Assembly: GCA_013265495.1 (NCBI GenBank)
Contig: MU061538.1
Coordinates: 558,001-622,000, forward strand
Direction: 5' to 3'
Origin: Vicugna vicugna
Lineage: Eukaryota
Length of the DNA: 64,000 nt
Shown: positions 33,859 through 47,097 of the stretch, one piece after another
Layout: every line of letters begins with the position of its first letter
Position numbering within the stretch: position 1 is the stretch's first letter
Program-made: the position numbers and the translations under genes
The notes under the pieces: model-generated
What the model saw: only the letters and a program-made list of their open reading frames with translations
What the model was told of the DNA's origin: nothing
Database searches by the model: none

Positions 33859-36319
33859 GCCAGGAGTCCACGTTTTCACCAAAAAGCAGAGCCTGGAGGT
33901 GACCTCGGGGGCCGAGGCACTCGCTTCAGGGATGTCTGAGTCTTGGGCCGGGAGGCACAGATGCCGGACCGGTTCGGACCAGACATGAGGAGAGTGATGA
34001 ACGCAGCAGCTGGCCTCAGAGGGCATGAAGACAAAATGAAGAGGAAGTGGAGGTGTCCAGCTGGCCGGGCCACTCGTCTGTGCCTGCTTCCTCCCGGTCA
34101 CACGCGCGGCCTCGTGGTGGGAGGGCGCCCGGGGCTGAGTTCACAGGGTGCTCCTCAGGCTCTGGTGCGGGCGCGGCTGGGTCCCGAGTCCCGTGCCTGC
34201 AGTTCCCGGAGCAGTCGGCTCACAGCTCGAGGCGCAGACATGTGCTGACACCCTGCTGTGCGCCGGGCCAGCAACTCGGAGAGCCTCTTCCCTGGATGGA
34301 TAATGGTTACGCTGCGTTAGAGCTGACCTTTCAGAGAACATTTGGGTATGTGTCCCTTTTGGAAAAAGAACCTTGACCAGAAGTCCAGCCTCCTAGTGAG
34401 ACACCGTCTGGGGACCAGCACCAGCAAATGCACTTGCCAGGCGGGCTGGCTAGAGGTTCACTCCAAGAGCCTCTGCTGTGCTGTGAGGTTTTCAGATTTC
34501 AAGTCACCTGAGTCGCAGTCTGATGATGTCTCAAGTCTAAGTGGGATGTGGAAACATTGTATTTGGGGTAGAAAATTGTGTTTTGAGCTCATGTGTGAAA
34601 GGCAGATGGAAAGGAAGCCGGGTGATTGCCTCTCAGTTGAGTTGCCCCGGCTGCGAGCTGACTCAGTCTTCAGCCGGCCGGGTGGCTGCTACGCCTGGTG
34701 CGAGGGGGCCCAGATGACAGCGCCCTGCCCAGCTCAGACGCCATCATGTGTCCAGACGCATGTCCACCACCCGGCCAGCCTGGAGACCCACACAGTCAGC
34801 GTCCCCAGCTCTCCACCACAGACCCTGGACTCGGGCCTTTCTGATTAACCGGTGCTTTATTTGAAGTGGGCGTCCAGGTACTTTCTCGACTCCAAGGGCA
34901 CAGGCTGTGGGCAGCTGGAGCCGGAAAGCCAAGGGGACCTGCAATGGGTAGCGTCTGCCCCTCAGTCCCGGGTCCTGCTTTCTGCCCTTTGACCCCTTAT
35001 GGCAGGTTTGGGCGAACTCCCAGCCCCACACCTGTCCTTGTGCCGGGCATCATCCCCCTCTGGGACCCAGACACCTGGAGACATGGCAGATGTGAACCCC
35101 ACTGGCCGTTTGTACAGCTTCTCACCCACAGAAAGCAGGTGAAAGGACCCATCCTTCAGGCTCTGGAGCTGCGGCCCAGTCTCACAGGAGAGGACGTGGG
35201 GCACGTTCACTAGACCAGAGTCACCATCCGGGGACCTGGCTCTCTGGTGACTGGTGTGTGGATGGTGGGGACCGTGTGCCGGGACCTCAGGACTCACCAA
35301 GACCACAGGGAGACCAGTCTGCGGTGGTCAGTCATCCGGGCGCCACGAGGAAACGTTTATGTTTATCAGAAGGCTGGCGTGACGACCCCCGCAAACTGCA
35401 TGCCGGGGACTCAGAGACCAGGCGGTGAGTCACGCGAGATCCAGGCCGATCCCAGGAACCCGCTGTTCCTGGTGTTCAGCTGCTCCCGTCGTAACTGAAG
35501 ATGTGGTGGAGTCAGCGGCAAAGCTCCCTGCGTCTGGACAGCAGGTGGAAGCAAGGGACCCCCACAAGTTGTCTGGGAAGGACACTTGTCCCCGAGGCCA
35601 GTCACCAGTGAAAGGACAGAAGCACTTCTGAAGGAATGAGTGGCGTAGGAAGGTAAAAAGCGGAATATTGACCCGTCCCGCTGGAGGACCGTTGGGGGTG
35701 GGGCGGGGGGCCCGAGCGCCCTCCCTCTCCCGGCCACTCCGTCCACTGCAATGTGTCCTTAGTGTATGTGCTGTGACTTAATGCTAGGAGCCCTCACATA
35801 GAATTTTAGAAATAAACGCTCCACCTGGGGGGTGAGCAGCCTCACCTTCCCCTGGGAGGAGGCAGGAAGGTCTCCCTGCTGACGAGAGGTCACAGGCTGC
35901 GGTGCAGATGATGAAGCCACCGAGACCAGCCTGTTTAATCCAGACAGTCTTCATGGGGGAGGAGGCTGAGGAACTTAGCCACCCCGGGCAAGGCATCCAG
36001 GCTGGGGGACAAGGCGGAGAAATGGCCCAGGGAGCACGTGCTGCCTGAGGCCAGGGGCACTGAGGTCTCAGGGACCACGAGGGTTGGCAGGTGCAGGAAA
36101 CTGGTTGGGGGAGGTGTTCCCAGGAGGCTGCTCAGGAGAAACATGGGAGCTGGTGGGGCTGTCAGAGCCCCTCCCAGGAGCCATGTCTTCCCCTGGAGAC
36201 TGACCAGCATCAGAGCTGCCACCGCCCAGGGCACTGAGGGCCAGTCTAGGGGTGGCACACGGATTCTGGGGCCCTGTGGACTTGGGACAAAGCTGGGAAG
36301 CTGAGCCGCTCGCTGGTTC

Positions 36320-36440
36320 CGTGTCCCGGGACAAGCCCTTCGACTTCTGTTTTCTCATCTGCCAAATGGGCTTAGGAGCAGTGCCTCCTGCGAGGGCCCC
36401 CGCGAGGGTTGAACTCGATGGCCTGAGAGGTGCCATGCAT
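36320..36440 (+). mobile_element. MIR SINE fragment
   Basis: ctgttttctcatctgccaaatggg MIR core followed by a degenerate MIR 3' part. Confidence 0.7.
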
Positions 36441-36784
36441 CGTGGAACCTCCCCGGCGTCGCTGTCTCCAACTGTAGATCCACCAGAAAGGATCACTGGG
36501 AAAAACAAACCAGTTTTCCTTTGATGAAACTATGGGAGAACAGGGCCTTCTCCACACGGAAAGCGTCTTGTGCCCCGGAAACCAGCAGCCCCGGGCGCAC
36601 GGGGAGGTGCTCTGGGGGGGGCGGTCTCCGGGAGGCTGTGACCGTGGCCCCTCCCTCAGCGAGTCGAGGCCGCACCGGGCGCAGGGCCCTGTGCGTGGTG
36701 GCGGCCCCGCGGCATTTGCAGAAGGACCAGCGTTGCCGGGAGGAGGAGACGGGAAGGGAAACAGCCCCAGCGATAAGCCTGTCG

Positions 36785-36798
36785 GTTTCCAAGGCAAC
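36785..36798. promoter_or_regulatory. RFX X-box
   Basis: GTTTCCAAGGCAAC, 13/14 match to GTTTCCATGGCAAC. Motif only. Confidence 0.5.
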
Positions 36799-36913
36799 AG
36801 GGCCACGTCCGATCGGGCTCGGAGCAGCGCTCCGGAAACAGGAGGCCTCGTTCGACTGACTTTGTGGAACTGTCGTCAACTTCGTTGTTTTGGGGGGGTT
36901 TTTTTTAAATATA

Positions 36914-36948
36914 TTTTTATTGAGGTATAGTAAGTTTACAATGTCGTG
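36914..36948 (-). mobile_element. Very short L1 3' terminus (cetartiodactyl type)
   Basis: tttttattgaggtatagtaagtttacaatgtcgtg. Confidence 0.65.
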
Positions 36949-37289
36949 CCTTAAACACGCGACCAGGACATGACTTAAGAGCTGTGCCTCCTTTTGTGAG
37001 GCGAAGCATCACCTCTGAATTACCTCTCGAGAAGATCTGTTTCTAAACCACATTTGTTTTCAGAGGCTGACGTGTCAGCCTGACGGCTTCGTGGGCGACA
37101 CCGAGGGCAGATGGCGGTCCTGAGGCCCTGATTCCTCGGACGCCGGCCGCCAAGCACAGGGCCGTGTAGCTGGAGGGGCCGACATCTTCATCCATGATGC
37201 AGGGGAGGGTCTGGGCTGAATCTCTGCGTCCCTTTTATTCTTGGAAAATACGATAAAACAGGAAAGAGCGTCGCTGAGCATTTACGTAA

Positions 37290-37360
37290 CAGCACTGCCC
37301 TGGGAAACCGTGGAGGAGGAACTGTTTTAGCCCATTTCACAGATGAAGGCAACAAAACCA
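37290..37360 (-). mobile_element. MIR SINE fragment
   Basis: agcccatttcacagatgaagg antisense MIR core. Confidence 0.6.
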
Positions 37361-38860
37361 AGAGCAGTGAGATAAATCCCTGAAAAGTCACAACATCGCA
37401 GCCTCACACCCACGGCTTTCCATGGCCCCAGAAGAGAAGAAGCTGACGGAAGCGGGAGTGTTTGGGGATGTGGTGGCTGAGGGCCCACGGAGGGTGAGGA
37501 CCAGGCGGCCGTGGTGGACCTGGCCACGTGCTGGCGGAGCTGGGCCCCTCCGACCTCGCAGCCCGGCCCGCAGGACTCGTGGCCTCCCCACGGGCGGCCG
37601 CCTCTGCACGCCTGGAGTCTCACAAGGAAGAGCCTTTTTTGACCCTTGCACTTTGAGGGAGCTCTCTCTCTGGTCGTCTTCTCTCTCCTTAACTTATACT
37701 TTTATACCCATTGATGGTATGAGTCAGTTGTTTAACCAGGAAGCAGACGCCTCTTCCTGGAAGCCACAGGAATGGAACAGAAGCAGAGGTTCCGTTGGGG
37801 GCCCCCGGTTCCCGTGTCTCCATCTTTCAGTGCAGCACCTGTGTTTCTAAAAGGGGGCGGCTCCACAGTTCCTCACCATGCTCTCCCCAGCCCTGCTCTC
37901 TGTGGCCTGCACGTGTGTCTGCGGCTCAGCTGGCCACTGTCCTGGTGGTGAAGGTGCCTGGGCTGGGCTCCCTGCAGCCGTGCACCCGCTCGCTGACACC
38001 AGTGGTGGCAGGGGCTTCGAGTCCATCTGAGCCGGGGTCTCCCTGCTGCTGGGGAACCACATCCTCAGACATGGAGCTCCAAGGCTGTGGCGGTGCTGGT
38101 CTCTGTGGTTCATGCTCGGAGCAGCACACTCTTGCCTGGAAGCTGTTTCCTGCTGTTTGACCATGTCCTGCTACTGAGACAGAGGCTTCCTGGGAGTGAA
38201 ACAGCTCAAACGCATCAAAGCAGAGGCCCGCAGCCCCCAGCTCTCCCTGCCTGGTGGGCGTGGGGTGACAGCACTTTGGGGGTGGCCGTGGGGAGCCTTC
38301 CAGGCCACACCACATAGAGGTGTCAGGTCAGAGGTCCTGGGCTGCGCTGAGTTTCCAGAGCAGGAAGGTGGGCCTGAGATGAGTCGGGGTCAGAGGAGCA
38401 GGCAGGGGTGAGAAATTCCCACTCAGATGACCCGGGGACACACTTAAGAGCCAGGCCATCAGCAGAGTCCAGTTCGGGTAGAGTCAGCCTGGGCTCCCAA
38501 CGGCGGCCCTGGCCTTGGGCTCAGCCTCAACCTGAGTCATGGCGTCTCACAGGCTTGGAGGCTTTTCTAGAGCCTCCTGTGTCTGTGCACTTTCTCACCC
38601 CAGTCACCGCCTCTCCAGCCTGGAAACAGCTGCCATGGAGCGAGTCCACACCCGCTTCTAACTGCTCGGGGAGGCCCGGTTACTCAGACCAGACAGTGTG
38701 TGGCGGTGCCCGGCGGGTGCCTGGAGCACCGTAGGTGTTTAATCAGAATCGGGACCCTGCTCTGCCCCCCCTTGGAGTTCAGGGCTATACCCCGCCTTCC
38801 CCATTTTCACCCTCACAGGAGGGCGTTCATCTGCCCATCTCCAAACTGAGAGTAATGCCC

Positions 38861-38963
38861 TGGGGCTGGGGGTGGGGTAGAGCTCAGTGCAGAGTACTTG
38901 CCTCGCATGCGTGAGGTCCCGGGTTCAATCCCCAGGACCTCCATTAAAAATGAATTATAAAAA
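38861..38963 (+). mobile_element. tRNA-Ala-derived SINE (Vic-1 family, camelid) with 12-bp TSD
   Basis: A box tagagctcagtg, B box gggttcaatccc, then cctccattaaaaa tail. Flanked by AGAGTAATGCCC (38849-38860) and AGAGTGATGTCC (38964-38975). Confidence 0.85.
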
Positions 38964-38975
38964 AGAGTGATGTCC

Positions 38976-39710
38976 AGCTTTAAATCCTGCATCTTCCTAA
39001 AAGCAAGTTTACAGTGGCCTAAATTTACGGTTTTCTTAGCGTTTTCCTGTTGTTTGAGTCCCAGCCGCCCAGGTTCGAGGGTTGTGTTTTGTGTTTGCGT
39101 TAATGGAGACGTTTTCATGACGACCTGGTGGGAAGTAGTGGTGGAGAGCGTGTCTTCCGGTCTGTTCCGACGTCCGGGACCCCAGGCCCTCGCGCAGAGC
39201 TGGCGTCGCTGCCCGGAGCCGTGCACAGCCTCCCGGTGCCGCGGCGTCTGGGAGGTGGCCCCACGGAGCGCGTGCCCGCGCTCGTCTGGACAGTCTGTGT
39301 TATTCTGCTGTTTAGTGAACAGCGGTTTGTTTATTGTACATGATTCAAGGTGACTGAGCCAGTGTTCAAACGTCACCACTCCGTCACAGCGTACGTAAGG
39401 ATGACTGTAGGCTGAATTTCTGGAAGTAAGACCCTGGGTCATCGAGGGTGCTTAGTGTGTATCCTGAGAGGTATCGCCAGGCTTCCTGCCAAAACGTGGA
39501 CGACCTGACACTCCCACCAGCTCTGCAGAAAATGACACCCGTGTCCCCAGACCCTCCCCAGCTGGGTGTTGGCCGACTTTGACCTTCCACCGGTGAGTGG
39601 AAGTGCTAGTTCAGAGTAGTTTAGTTTACATTTCTCTGGCCACACGTGATTTTTCATAGCTTTGGGAGCCACTTATTGTTCCTTCCAAGAGTGATTTCAG
39701 AAGTGTCCCT
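38976..39710 (-). mobile_element. Old L1 (L1M-type) 3' region, antisense
   Basis: ctgggtcatcgaggg...gacactcccaccagc...ccacttattgttccttcc resembles the antisense ORF2 end/3' UTR of old L1. Confidence 0.65.
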
Positions 39711-39844
39711 CAGGGTGGGGGGCCACGACCCCAGAGTGGAAGCTCTGCACGTAGTTACAGGTCAGCAGGTGTGGACGCCAACGGGGGTTCACGGAACGTG
39801 TCATTGTGAAACCAGCCTGCTCTTGTCTGTCCTGTGTGCCCAGT

Positions 39845-40030
39845 GACCAGTCCACATGTGACAGCCAGCCACGGTCATCGTGAGAGAGGCAGGGACCCTC
39901 TGGACATCCCACAGGAATGAGTGACCTGGCTGGAAGGCTGGCCGGCTGACTGCTCCGAGCCTGTGTTTCCTGTGCGTGAGAATTGAGCGTCGGTGCTCTG
40001 GGACGGCAGAGTGTTGTTACGGCTTCCAAA
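39845..40030 (+). mobile_element. Possible MLT1 LTR 3' fragment
   Basis: gtgagaattgagcgtcggtgctctgggacggcagagtgttgttacggc resembles an MLT1 LTR end but is highly diverged. Confidence 0.35.
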
Positions 40031-40114
40031 ACTAACCTGCCTGGTGATGTCACAGGGAAGTGGCTCTTGGGGGAGGAGCGCCTGGCTGTTGTGGGGTCTC
40101 TGGGCCTCAAGGGA

Positions 40115-40471
40115 CCGGTCTTGGTTGGCTCAGGCAGACAGGGTGGTTTAAATGACAGAATCTCATTGTCTCCCGTCCTGGGGGCTGGAAGTCCCAGATG
40201 CAGGTGTAGCAGGGCTGGTTCCTCCTGAGGCCTCATCCTTGGCGTGCAGACAGCCGTCTTCCCCCATGTCCTCACACGGGCGTCCCTCTGTGTTGTCTGC
40301 GTTCCGATCTCCTCCTCTTATCAGGACGCCAGTCGCACTGGGTCAGGGCCCACCCGTATACCTCACTTCACCGTGATCCCCTCTCTAAAGCCCGTCTCCA
40401 AATACACCCACGTCCTGAAGTGTGGGGGGTCACGACTCCAACGTGTGAACGGGGGGACACAGCCCGTGGCA
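40115..40471 (-). mobile_element. MaLR solo LTR, MLT1B-like
   Basis: gggtggtttaaatgacagaa...ctcctcttatcaggacgccagtc...gtctccaaatacac...ggggggacacagcccgtggca matches the recalled MLT1B consensus in reverse. Confidence 0.85.
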
Positions 40472-42749
40472 AGGACCAAGGCTTGGGCCGGGGTTTTCGG
40501 TAGCTTGACGCCGCTGGAGGCCACGTCATGTTCTGTGGTCGCGTGCACTGTGGGGCCGAGCGGGGGTCACACTGCCGAGGGGACTCTGGGGCGTCTGCTC
40601 TGCGGCCCCCACTCCCTGAGCATGGCCGGCTGGGATGGCACAGAGGCTGGTGGACCTCAACTTCCCTGGTGCAGGTCACACTTTCCTGGGGGCTGACCTC
40701 CACCCGCCACCCTTCCCTGGGAGAAGGCGTATCTCAGGAGCGTCCTCGGGGAAGGCGGGGTGCACGTGGCAGTCACGGGGTCAGGCCGGTCAGTCTCTCC
40801 CCCAGGAGCTGGGCCCTGGGCCAGGCGCTGTATGGGAGGGAGGGGCCGGGCGCCCCTCGGGGAGAAGGTGGCAGGGGATCGAGCCCACGGACACAGGCTC
40901 TGGGGCCCTGGGCCGGGTGCTTCCCTACCGAGATGATCTGCAGCCCCTCCCAGGTGCCTGGCGCCCTCGGCGGGGGCTGTGACCCGGCTGCCGCCCCACA
41001 TGGCCGTCCCCACCACACAGCTCCCCTTGCAGCTGTGACGCCAGTGGCTCACAATGGTTTGGTGCTGAAGTGGGCGCAGAGGGCGGCTTCCACTGCCCGT
41101 CTCTCACCGCCAGGGGTGGGGAGGGGAGCAGAACTGCTGTGTTTTCAGTAGGGGTGTGGTTTGACTTACTGTGTGAAATGTTAGAATGATGCAGGATGCC
41201 TTACCTCCTAGAGTGAGGAGAATCACGCATCCAATTAGTATTTGCTGAACGAGCGTGAATGTCAGACACTGAATGTGATGGAGAGTTTGCATCTGTGAGG
41301 GGAGGAAACGCCACGTGGCGTCCACGAAGTGCTTGGAAGGTCTCCATTCGTACATACGAACGAGAAATGTTTCCTGAGGTCCCCGTGGCCGGCGGGACCT
41401 GACCAGACACCGGAACAGGCCGCGTTCTCCTGGCCCTTGGGCGCCTCCTGGTCTGGCAGCTGGAGAGACTTTCAGGGAACGGAGTGACAGCAGGGTTAGT
41501 CCAGGCCCAGGATGGAGCCTTCTGATTGTTCAGGTACAAATTCATGTGTAAAATTAACAGTACATAAAATGTAGCTTTTGAAATCGCATTAAGCCGTGGC
41601 GTCCCGCCAGTCATTCTTGGACGGCCCAGCTTTGCTCACCGTGTCACCTGCGGTGAGTAGCGCTGCTCTTGGGCATAGCAGGCGTCCAGGAAAAATCTCC
41701 TGAGTGAAGTTGACGGTCAGTGTTTTGCCCTGAGAAGTTTACAGCCTATTTGAAGTGAAAAGGGGTGCATGGCTAGAAAGACGCAGCCAAGTGCCAATTC
41801 GTGTTCTTTTGCTCGGAGACGCCTCCAGCCCCGTGAGGGTCGGGGAGGCGGAGGGAGCCTGGGGAGGGGCGGAGTTGGTATCCCAGCGCGGCTGTGGTCG
41901 AGGCGGAGCAGCAGTCCTGGGCCGGGGGCCGGGGGCCGGGGGCAGAACGCACAGCAGGAAAGATCACAGCCCCTCCAGGAGCACGGGTTCCGCTCCCAGG
42001 ATGCGCGTCTGGTGGGAGACATAGAAGTTCCCACAGCGTCCATCTGGATGTGGCCCCTGCGGTTTCTTGAACAAGAAAGTGACGCCTGGTGATTCGTTTG
42101 CTCGCTTACCTGAGCACACCTACCAGAAGGTGAGACGTTTGTCACAAACAGGCGGGAACTGAACGGGTGACGACCACTGTCCTCTGATGTTTTCTCGCCC
42201 GAGTCAGAAGGAAAGGGGGCCCAGAGATGCTGGGAAGAGCATGGGGCTCTGCTGAAAGACGGTCCCCAATCCAGCGCTGCCCCCGGGGTGACACCTGGGG
42301 CAGCCCAGAACCGTCAGCCTGGGATTCCCCACCCGTGAAACCCGGCTGCTCACAGAGCCCGCATGGCAGCGCGGCTGTCAGGAGGGGGCGCCCGCTGCCG
42401 GAGAGCCTGTCGGCTTGCTCGAGTGTCGTCCAGACATCGCTGGCGTTAGAGGTACCGGAGGTGAGGGAAGGAGACGACCGTGGCCGCACTGTCAGAGGCG
42501 TGGGAAAGGCGCCCTTCCGCGTGTGCGGCTCGCATGGGGCTCCAGTGACCCTGCCCCGTCGTGGGAGCGCGGCACCGCCGCCTGACTCCTGCCGGGCGAG
42601 GCCCTCTCCCCGCCACGCCACAGCAGTTACGGCCTCATACTTGTCCAGGTGGTCTTGCCAGGCACAGCAGAACAGGATCTGAAGTGACCGTCTCTGCCGG
42701 CGTCCCAAATAGACCCAGACACTCCGAACTTGTGGTGACTCTGACACGC

Positions 42750-43600
42750 AGCATGTGGGTGCCCAGGATTTTAGTTTTGCCTTATTTTCACACCCTTGAA
42801 TCAACCGTTTTTACTCCTGACTTTCGTGGTAGCACTTGTTCAGATCGGCCCTCGTCGTACCGGGTTTTCTTTCCTTCGCCGTCACTCCTTGCTTCTCGGT
42901 TCTTTCTTCTGGGTAATACGTCCCTGTTTCCAGAAATACACCCTTCTTTCAGTCCTTCCGTCGGAAGGTCTCCCTGCCTTTGTCTGAGAACGTCTTTAAT
43001 TAATCCTCAGACTTGCGCAGCACGTTAGACAAGGATCGGCGTCTAGCTGATTTTCTCTCGTCACTTTGCAAACGCTATTCCCTTGCCGCCAGCGCTGCTG
43101 CTGCTGAAAGGCTGTGGCGCAGGCCCGGGGCTGCTCCTTCCTGCCGTCTGCGCCTCGTTGTCCTGGGATGTCCTCGCGCCCTGTCTTGGTGCGTGTGGCC
43201 CTACTGTACGCACATTTACACACACATACATACTTGCTCCAGACTTCCTGTGATTCCTGAGTCAGGGAAACCCTGTCTTCTGTCAGTTCTGGAAACAGCT
43301 GCCCACCCGCACCATGCGGCTGGGCCGCCCCTCTGCCCTGCGTCCGGGGGACGCCCTCAGACCTGCCGCCCGGCGTGCCTGTGTCTCTTCGGCAGCACCC
43401 GGCCTGCTGTGCGGTGCGTCCGCTGTGCCTGTCGTCTCCAGGAGCATCTTTGCCGTGTGCGGCGTTCTGCCCCCTTCACACCTGCCTGCCGTGCTGCCCT
43501 TGGACTGCGGCTCCCCCTCCACACCTGCACCTCTGTGAGTGCAGTAGCTGACTGTTTCCACATAGTACTGCTGTTTTCTGGGTTCCTGTGAATCAATGCC
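42750..43600 (-). mobile_element. Ancient L1 ORF1-region fragment, antisense
   Basis: tttgtctgagaacgtctttaatt, cagggaaaccctgtcttctgtcagttctggaaacagctg and similar motifs resemble antisense L1M ORF1. Confidence 0.6.
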
Positions 43601-45450
43601 TTGCTCTTGGGTGTGTTTGCCATCTGGGGGGCCTGTCATTTCAGGTCACTGGCTCCTCTCTCTGTGCTGACAGTGTTGACCTTAGAGCACGGGTTTCGAG
43701 GTTGATTTTCCAGCCACTCCAGGCTGTCATAAAGCCTCTGCCATCTTTATGTCAGTTCCCCACCCAGAGACTCCCAGACGAGGGCGGCACTGTAAACTCG
43801 AGCCTCATCCTAGGTGAGGCCCAGGGTCCAGCTGTCTTCCCATTTCGAGTCCGTGTGGAGACAGAGCAGCTTTCTGGTGGCCGGGCAGCCCCTCCACCCA
43901 GAGCGTGGTCCCCTGCACATGCTGGTTTGTGTGGGGGTCTCACATCCAGCCCCCACTCCTGCATGCCAGGTTTCCCTGTGGCCCCTGGTGGACAGTGGAA
44001 GCCAGGACCCTGGGTTTCAGGCACAGGAAGTCACCGTGCCCTGCCCCTCCCCCAAAGGCTTGAGTGACTTCAGGTCGCGTGTCTCCCACTTCACTCCTCT
44101 CTTCACGTGGGTTCCTGAGGATGCACCCTGATTTTGTGGGAGGCGGCTGTGCCATTCGCCCCGCAGCTCTGGGTGTCCTGTAGGGGAGGCCGTTCGGGTC
44201 CTCCTGCTCTCTCAACTTTGGGAACGTGAGACTCAGTGCAGGTCACACACAGCGCAGATGGATGCTGCCAGTTAACTTCACATCACCCTGACAGTCACGT
44301 CTAAGAGCGTTCATGTTCTGCGTAGCAAAGGACACCTCACGGTGGCTGCCTGTGGTCAAAGAGGGCGATCAGCGACCTCACCCAGGCCACTTCCCACACT
44401 GCCCTCTCGGGACACGGGCCAAGGGGGCACCTTGCTTCAGGAAGTGCCTGCACACCTGCGTGTCCGAAAGGAGCCAGCTGTGGATGTGCACTGACAGGTG
44501 CCTCGGTCAGCAGGCAGGTGGGCAGGTGGGTGGACCCTAAATGCGAACAGCGGGCGGCATGAAGAAATTCCAGCTGGCACGTGTGTTGCAGTGATGAAGG
44601 CAGCCGTCTGGAGGCGCGGGCTCCAGGCTCCGCATCTGGGTTGTGCTGGAGCAGAAGAGCAGGAAGGCTGACATCTGATCATCCTCCCTCTTCACCCGTC
44701 AAACCTGGAGCGCCGTGGGCGTGGGGTTGGGGCCGTGCACAGCACGATTGGCAGCTGAACTAGGAAAAGCTGAAAAACACACTTGACGGTCTTATCTCTA
44801 ACTTTTCACCCTAAAAAGTGAAAATGACTTTTGAAAGATCAACACTCTTCTCTCTTCTGCTTCGAGCTCCTCACTTCCAAGCGATCGAATAAAGAACGTT
44901 CGTCGGCCAACTCGGGGCTCCTGTGACTGCCTCTGGAATTGTTCATTCCTCCTTTTTTTCACTGAACTTAAGCTATTTCAGTGCTGGTTGGAGGGTTGGG
45001 GGAGAGAGAGGAGACGTCTAGGCTTCGTTCCCTCCTTGCAAGTGGAGTTGGTGAGAAGATGAAGGTAGCTTTGTGAGTCTCGGGTGAACCTTCTCAACAG
45101 TGGTACCATGTCTGTTCCTCCATTCTTGTGTTATTGCTCATGAGCGCGAAGCCTGTTGGTTTTGGGAAATTAAAAACCAGACATTCTCCTTCCAATGAGC
45201 ACTTTGAGAACTTCTGCAAATATCTTCTAATAATGGATGCAGAACCCAGCATTTCCCATCTGGGTATAGGAGAGAAAATTCACGTCTGTGTTGCTTGCCT
45301 AGGTAACCTTTACTGCACCATCCGGAATTCTTTATTCTCCCTAAAAACTTCATCAGAAAATCGTAATGAGGACATCATTGGTACAGAACAAGAAAGGCTG
45401 CTGCTGAGAAAAGCCCTCCTGCTTTACGATGCACGAGATGCGGTCTGCGT

Positions 45451-45463
45451 GTTGCCAGGCAAC
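45451..45463. promoter_or_regulatory. Perfect palindromic RFX/EF-C site
   Basis: GTTGCC-A-GGCAAC. Motif only. Confidence 0.5.
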
Positions 45464-46957
45464 CCTCCCTCCTCCTGCCTCTTCCTGAAAGGTTTCCCTG
45501 TTAAGTGGCTGTCGTCATCTCTCGAGTGAAAATTGTCTCCTCTGGGCCGTTTCACGTCGGTTGGTGGTAGTGAAGCGTTGGGTCTTAGAGTCTGCTCCCA
45601 TGATCGTGCCCTGGAATCGGCCATTGCGTTTTGTAGGTAGCCGTCGAGTTGGGGAGGGGTGCATGGATGGCCCTTTACACGCAGGATCTGCAGGTGCACG
45701 TACAGAAACGTTATTCACAACTGCTTTTGAAGAAGCTCTTAAGCCAGCACTGCCCGACTCTCTGAACACCAGCGAAGGTGTCGTTGACTTCTGCATCGCA
45801 CAACTCCCCATCTGGGCGCCCACCCCCCGTGGCAGAGGCGGTGGGGACACTTGGAGGTTCTGTTTCCTCTGAGCATTTGTTACTGTATCAGAACGTCTTC
45901 CAGGGTTGGTTGTCTTAGAACTGCATCGTCATGACTCTTTTTTCCTCTGATTCCTTTCCTGTCAACTCTGGAATCCAAGGTTGGTTTCTGTTGCGTTTTG
46001 AACATTAATGGAATTTCTGAATAACTCATGGTTGGAAGTATTTTTCATATGCCAAAGAGGCATCGCTGCGGCTGGAGTCAAGTTCTTACTTTCTCATTAG
46101 TGAAGACTTGTACTGATTCATATTAAGAATTTGTTGTAAGGTGAACGTTTGCAAGTGCACTCCTTCACATGGTCTGCGTATTCATGACAAGGAAATAGAA
46201 ACGTAGCTTTCTGCAGGCGGCTTACTCTTCTTGTTAAACTGTTTGGTTTCTCTTCCACGTTAAGGCCTCAGACACACTAACTTTCTTTGTAAAGGTTAAC
46301 ATTGGTTTCTGCACTAAACCGTGTGTAATCAAACTTTGATTTTTCCAGAAAATGAGAGGATGTAATTGTTGTTAAACACAGAGGCTTTAAACGAATGAGA
46401 AATGAGTGAGGAGATTTTATTTAGAATGATTGGGGTTTATCTCTCCATCTTTCTCGCTGTTTCTTCTAAGTTTTCCAGTGTTTTCCATTTATCTATGAAG
46501 ATGGGTGTGTCGCTGGTAGAAATAAGACAATTTAATAGTAATTCTTTGTTTGATAAGCAGCTATTTCAGGAGTTTAAAATGCCAAGGGTAGATATTTTAA
46601 AATTTTAAAGGGCAGAAATTAGTAGAAATGTCATAAAGTTGAATTAATTTTTCTTTCAACTTGTGTTAATTGAAGTAGAAGCGGACTGGCAGGCTGATGT
46701 TGAAAATCACTGCATTGTCAATTGTGAGGGTTTTTTTCCTTTTTACTGTCTATAGACCGAAAGTACAAAAAGAAGAGAAACACACAAAAGATACTTGGTA
46801 AAGGCAGGTGGTCTGGATGAATAATGTTTCTTTCATTAACATATTTCTCTTATTAGCTGTATAATTAATTGTACATAGCCAAGGGAAGCTATGGAAATTG
46901 CATTTCGAGATGGATCAAAGCCGCCTTATGCTTCAGACTTCCATGCAATTTACCCTT

Positions 46958-47097
46958 NNNNNNNNNNNNNNNNNNNNNNNNNNNNNNNNNNNNNNNNNNN
47001 NNNNNNNNNNNNNNNNNNNNNNNNNNNNNNNNNNNNNNNNNNNNNNNNNNNNNNNNNNNNNNNNNNNNNNNNNNNNNNNNNNNNNNNNNNNNNNNNN
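46958..47097. other. Assembly gap (140 N)
   Basis: Run of N. Confidence 1.

Noticed and set aside
26161-36440. Inverted MIR pair flanking exon 14 as a circRNA driver
   Set aside because: The copies are short and too diverged to pair stably over 10 kb.
38861-38943. tRNA-Ala gene
   Set aside because: A and B boxes are present, but the acceptor stem is degenerate and there is an A-rich tail plus TSD. It is a SINE.
45128-45529. 133-aa ORF in moderate-GC DNA; also 12286-12480 and 63089-63316
   Set aside because: Non-ATG starts, no family match, and no retro-pseudogene hallmarks (poly(A), TSD).
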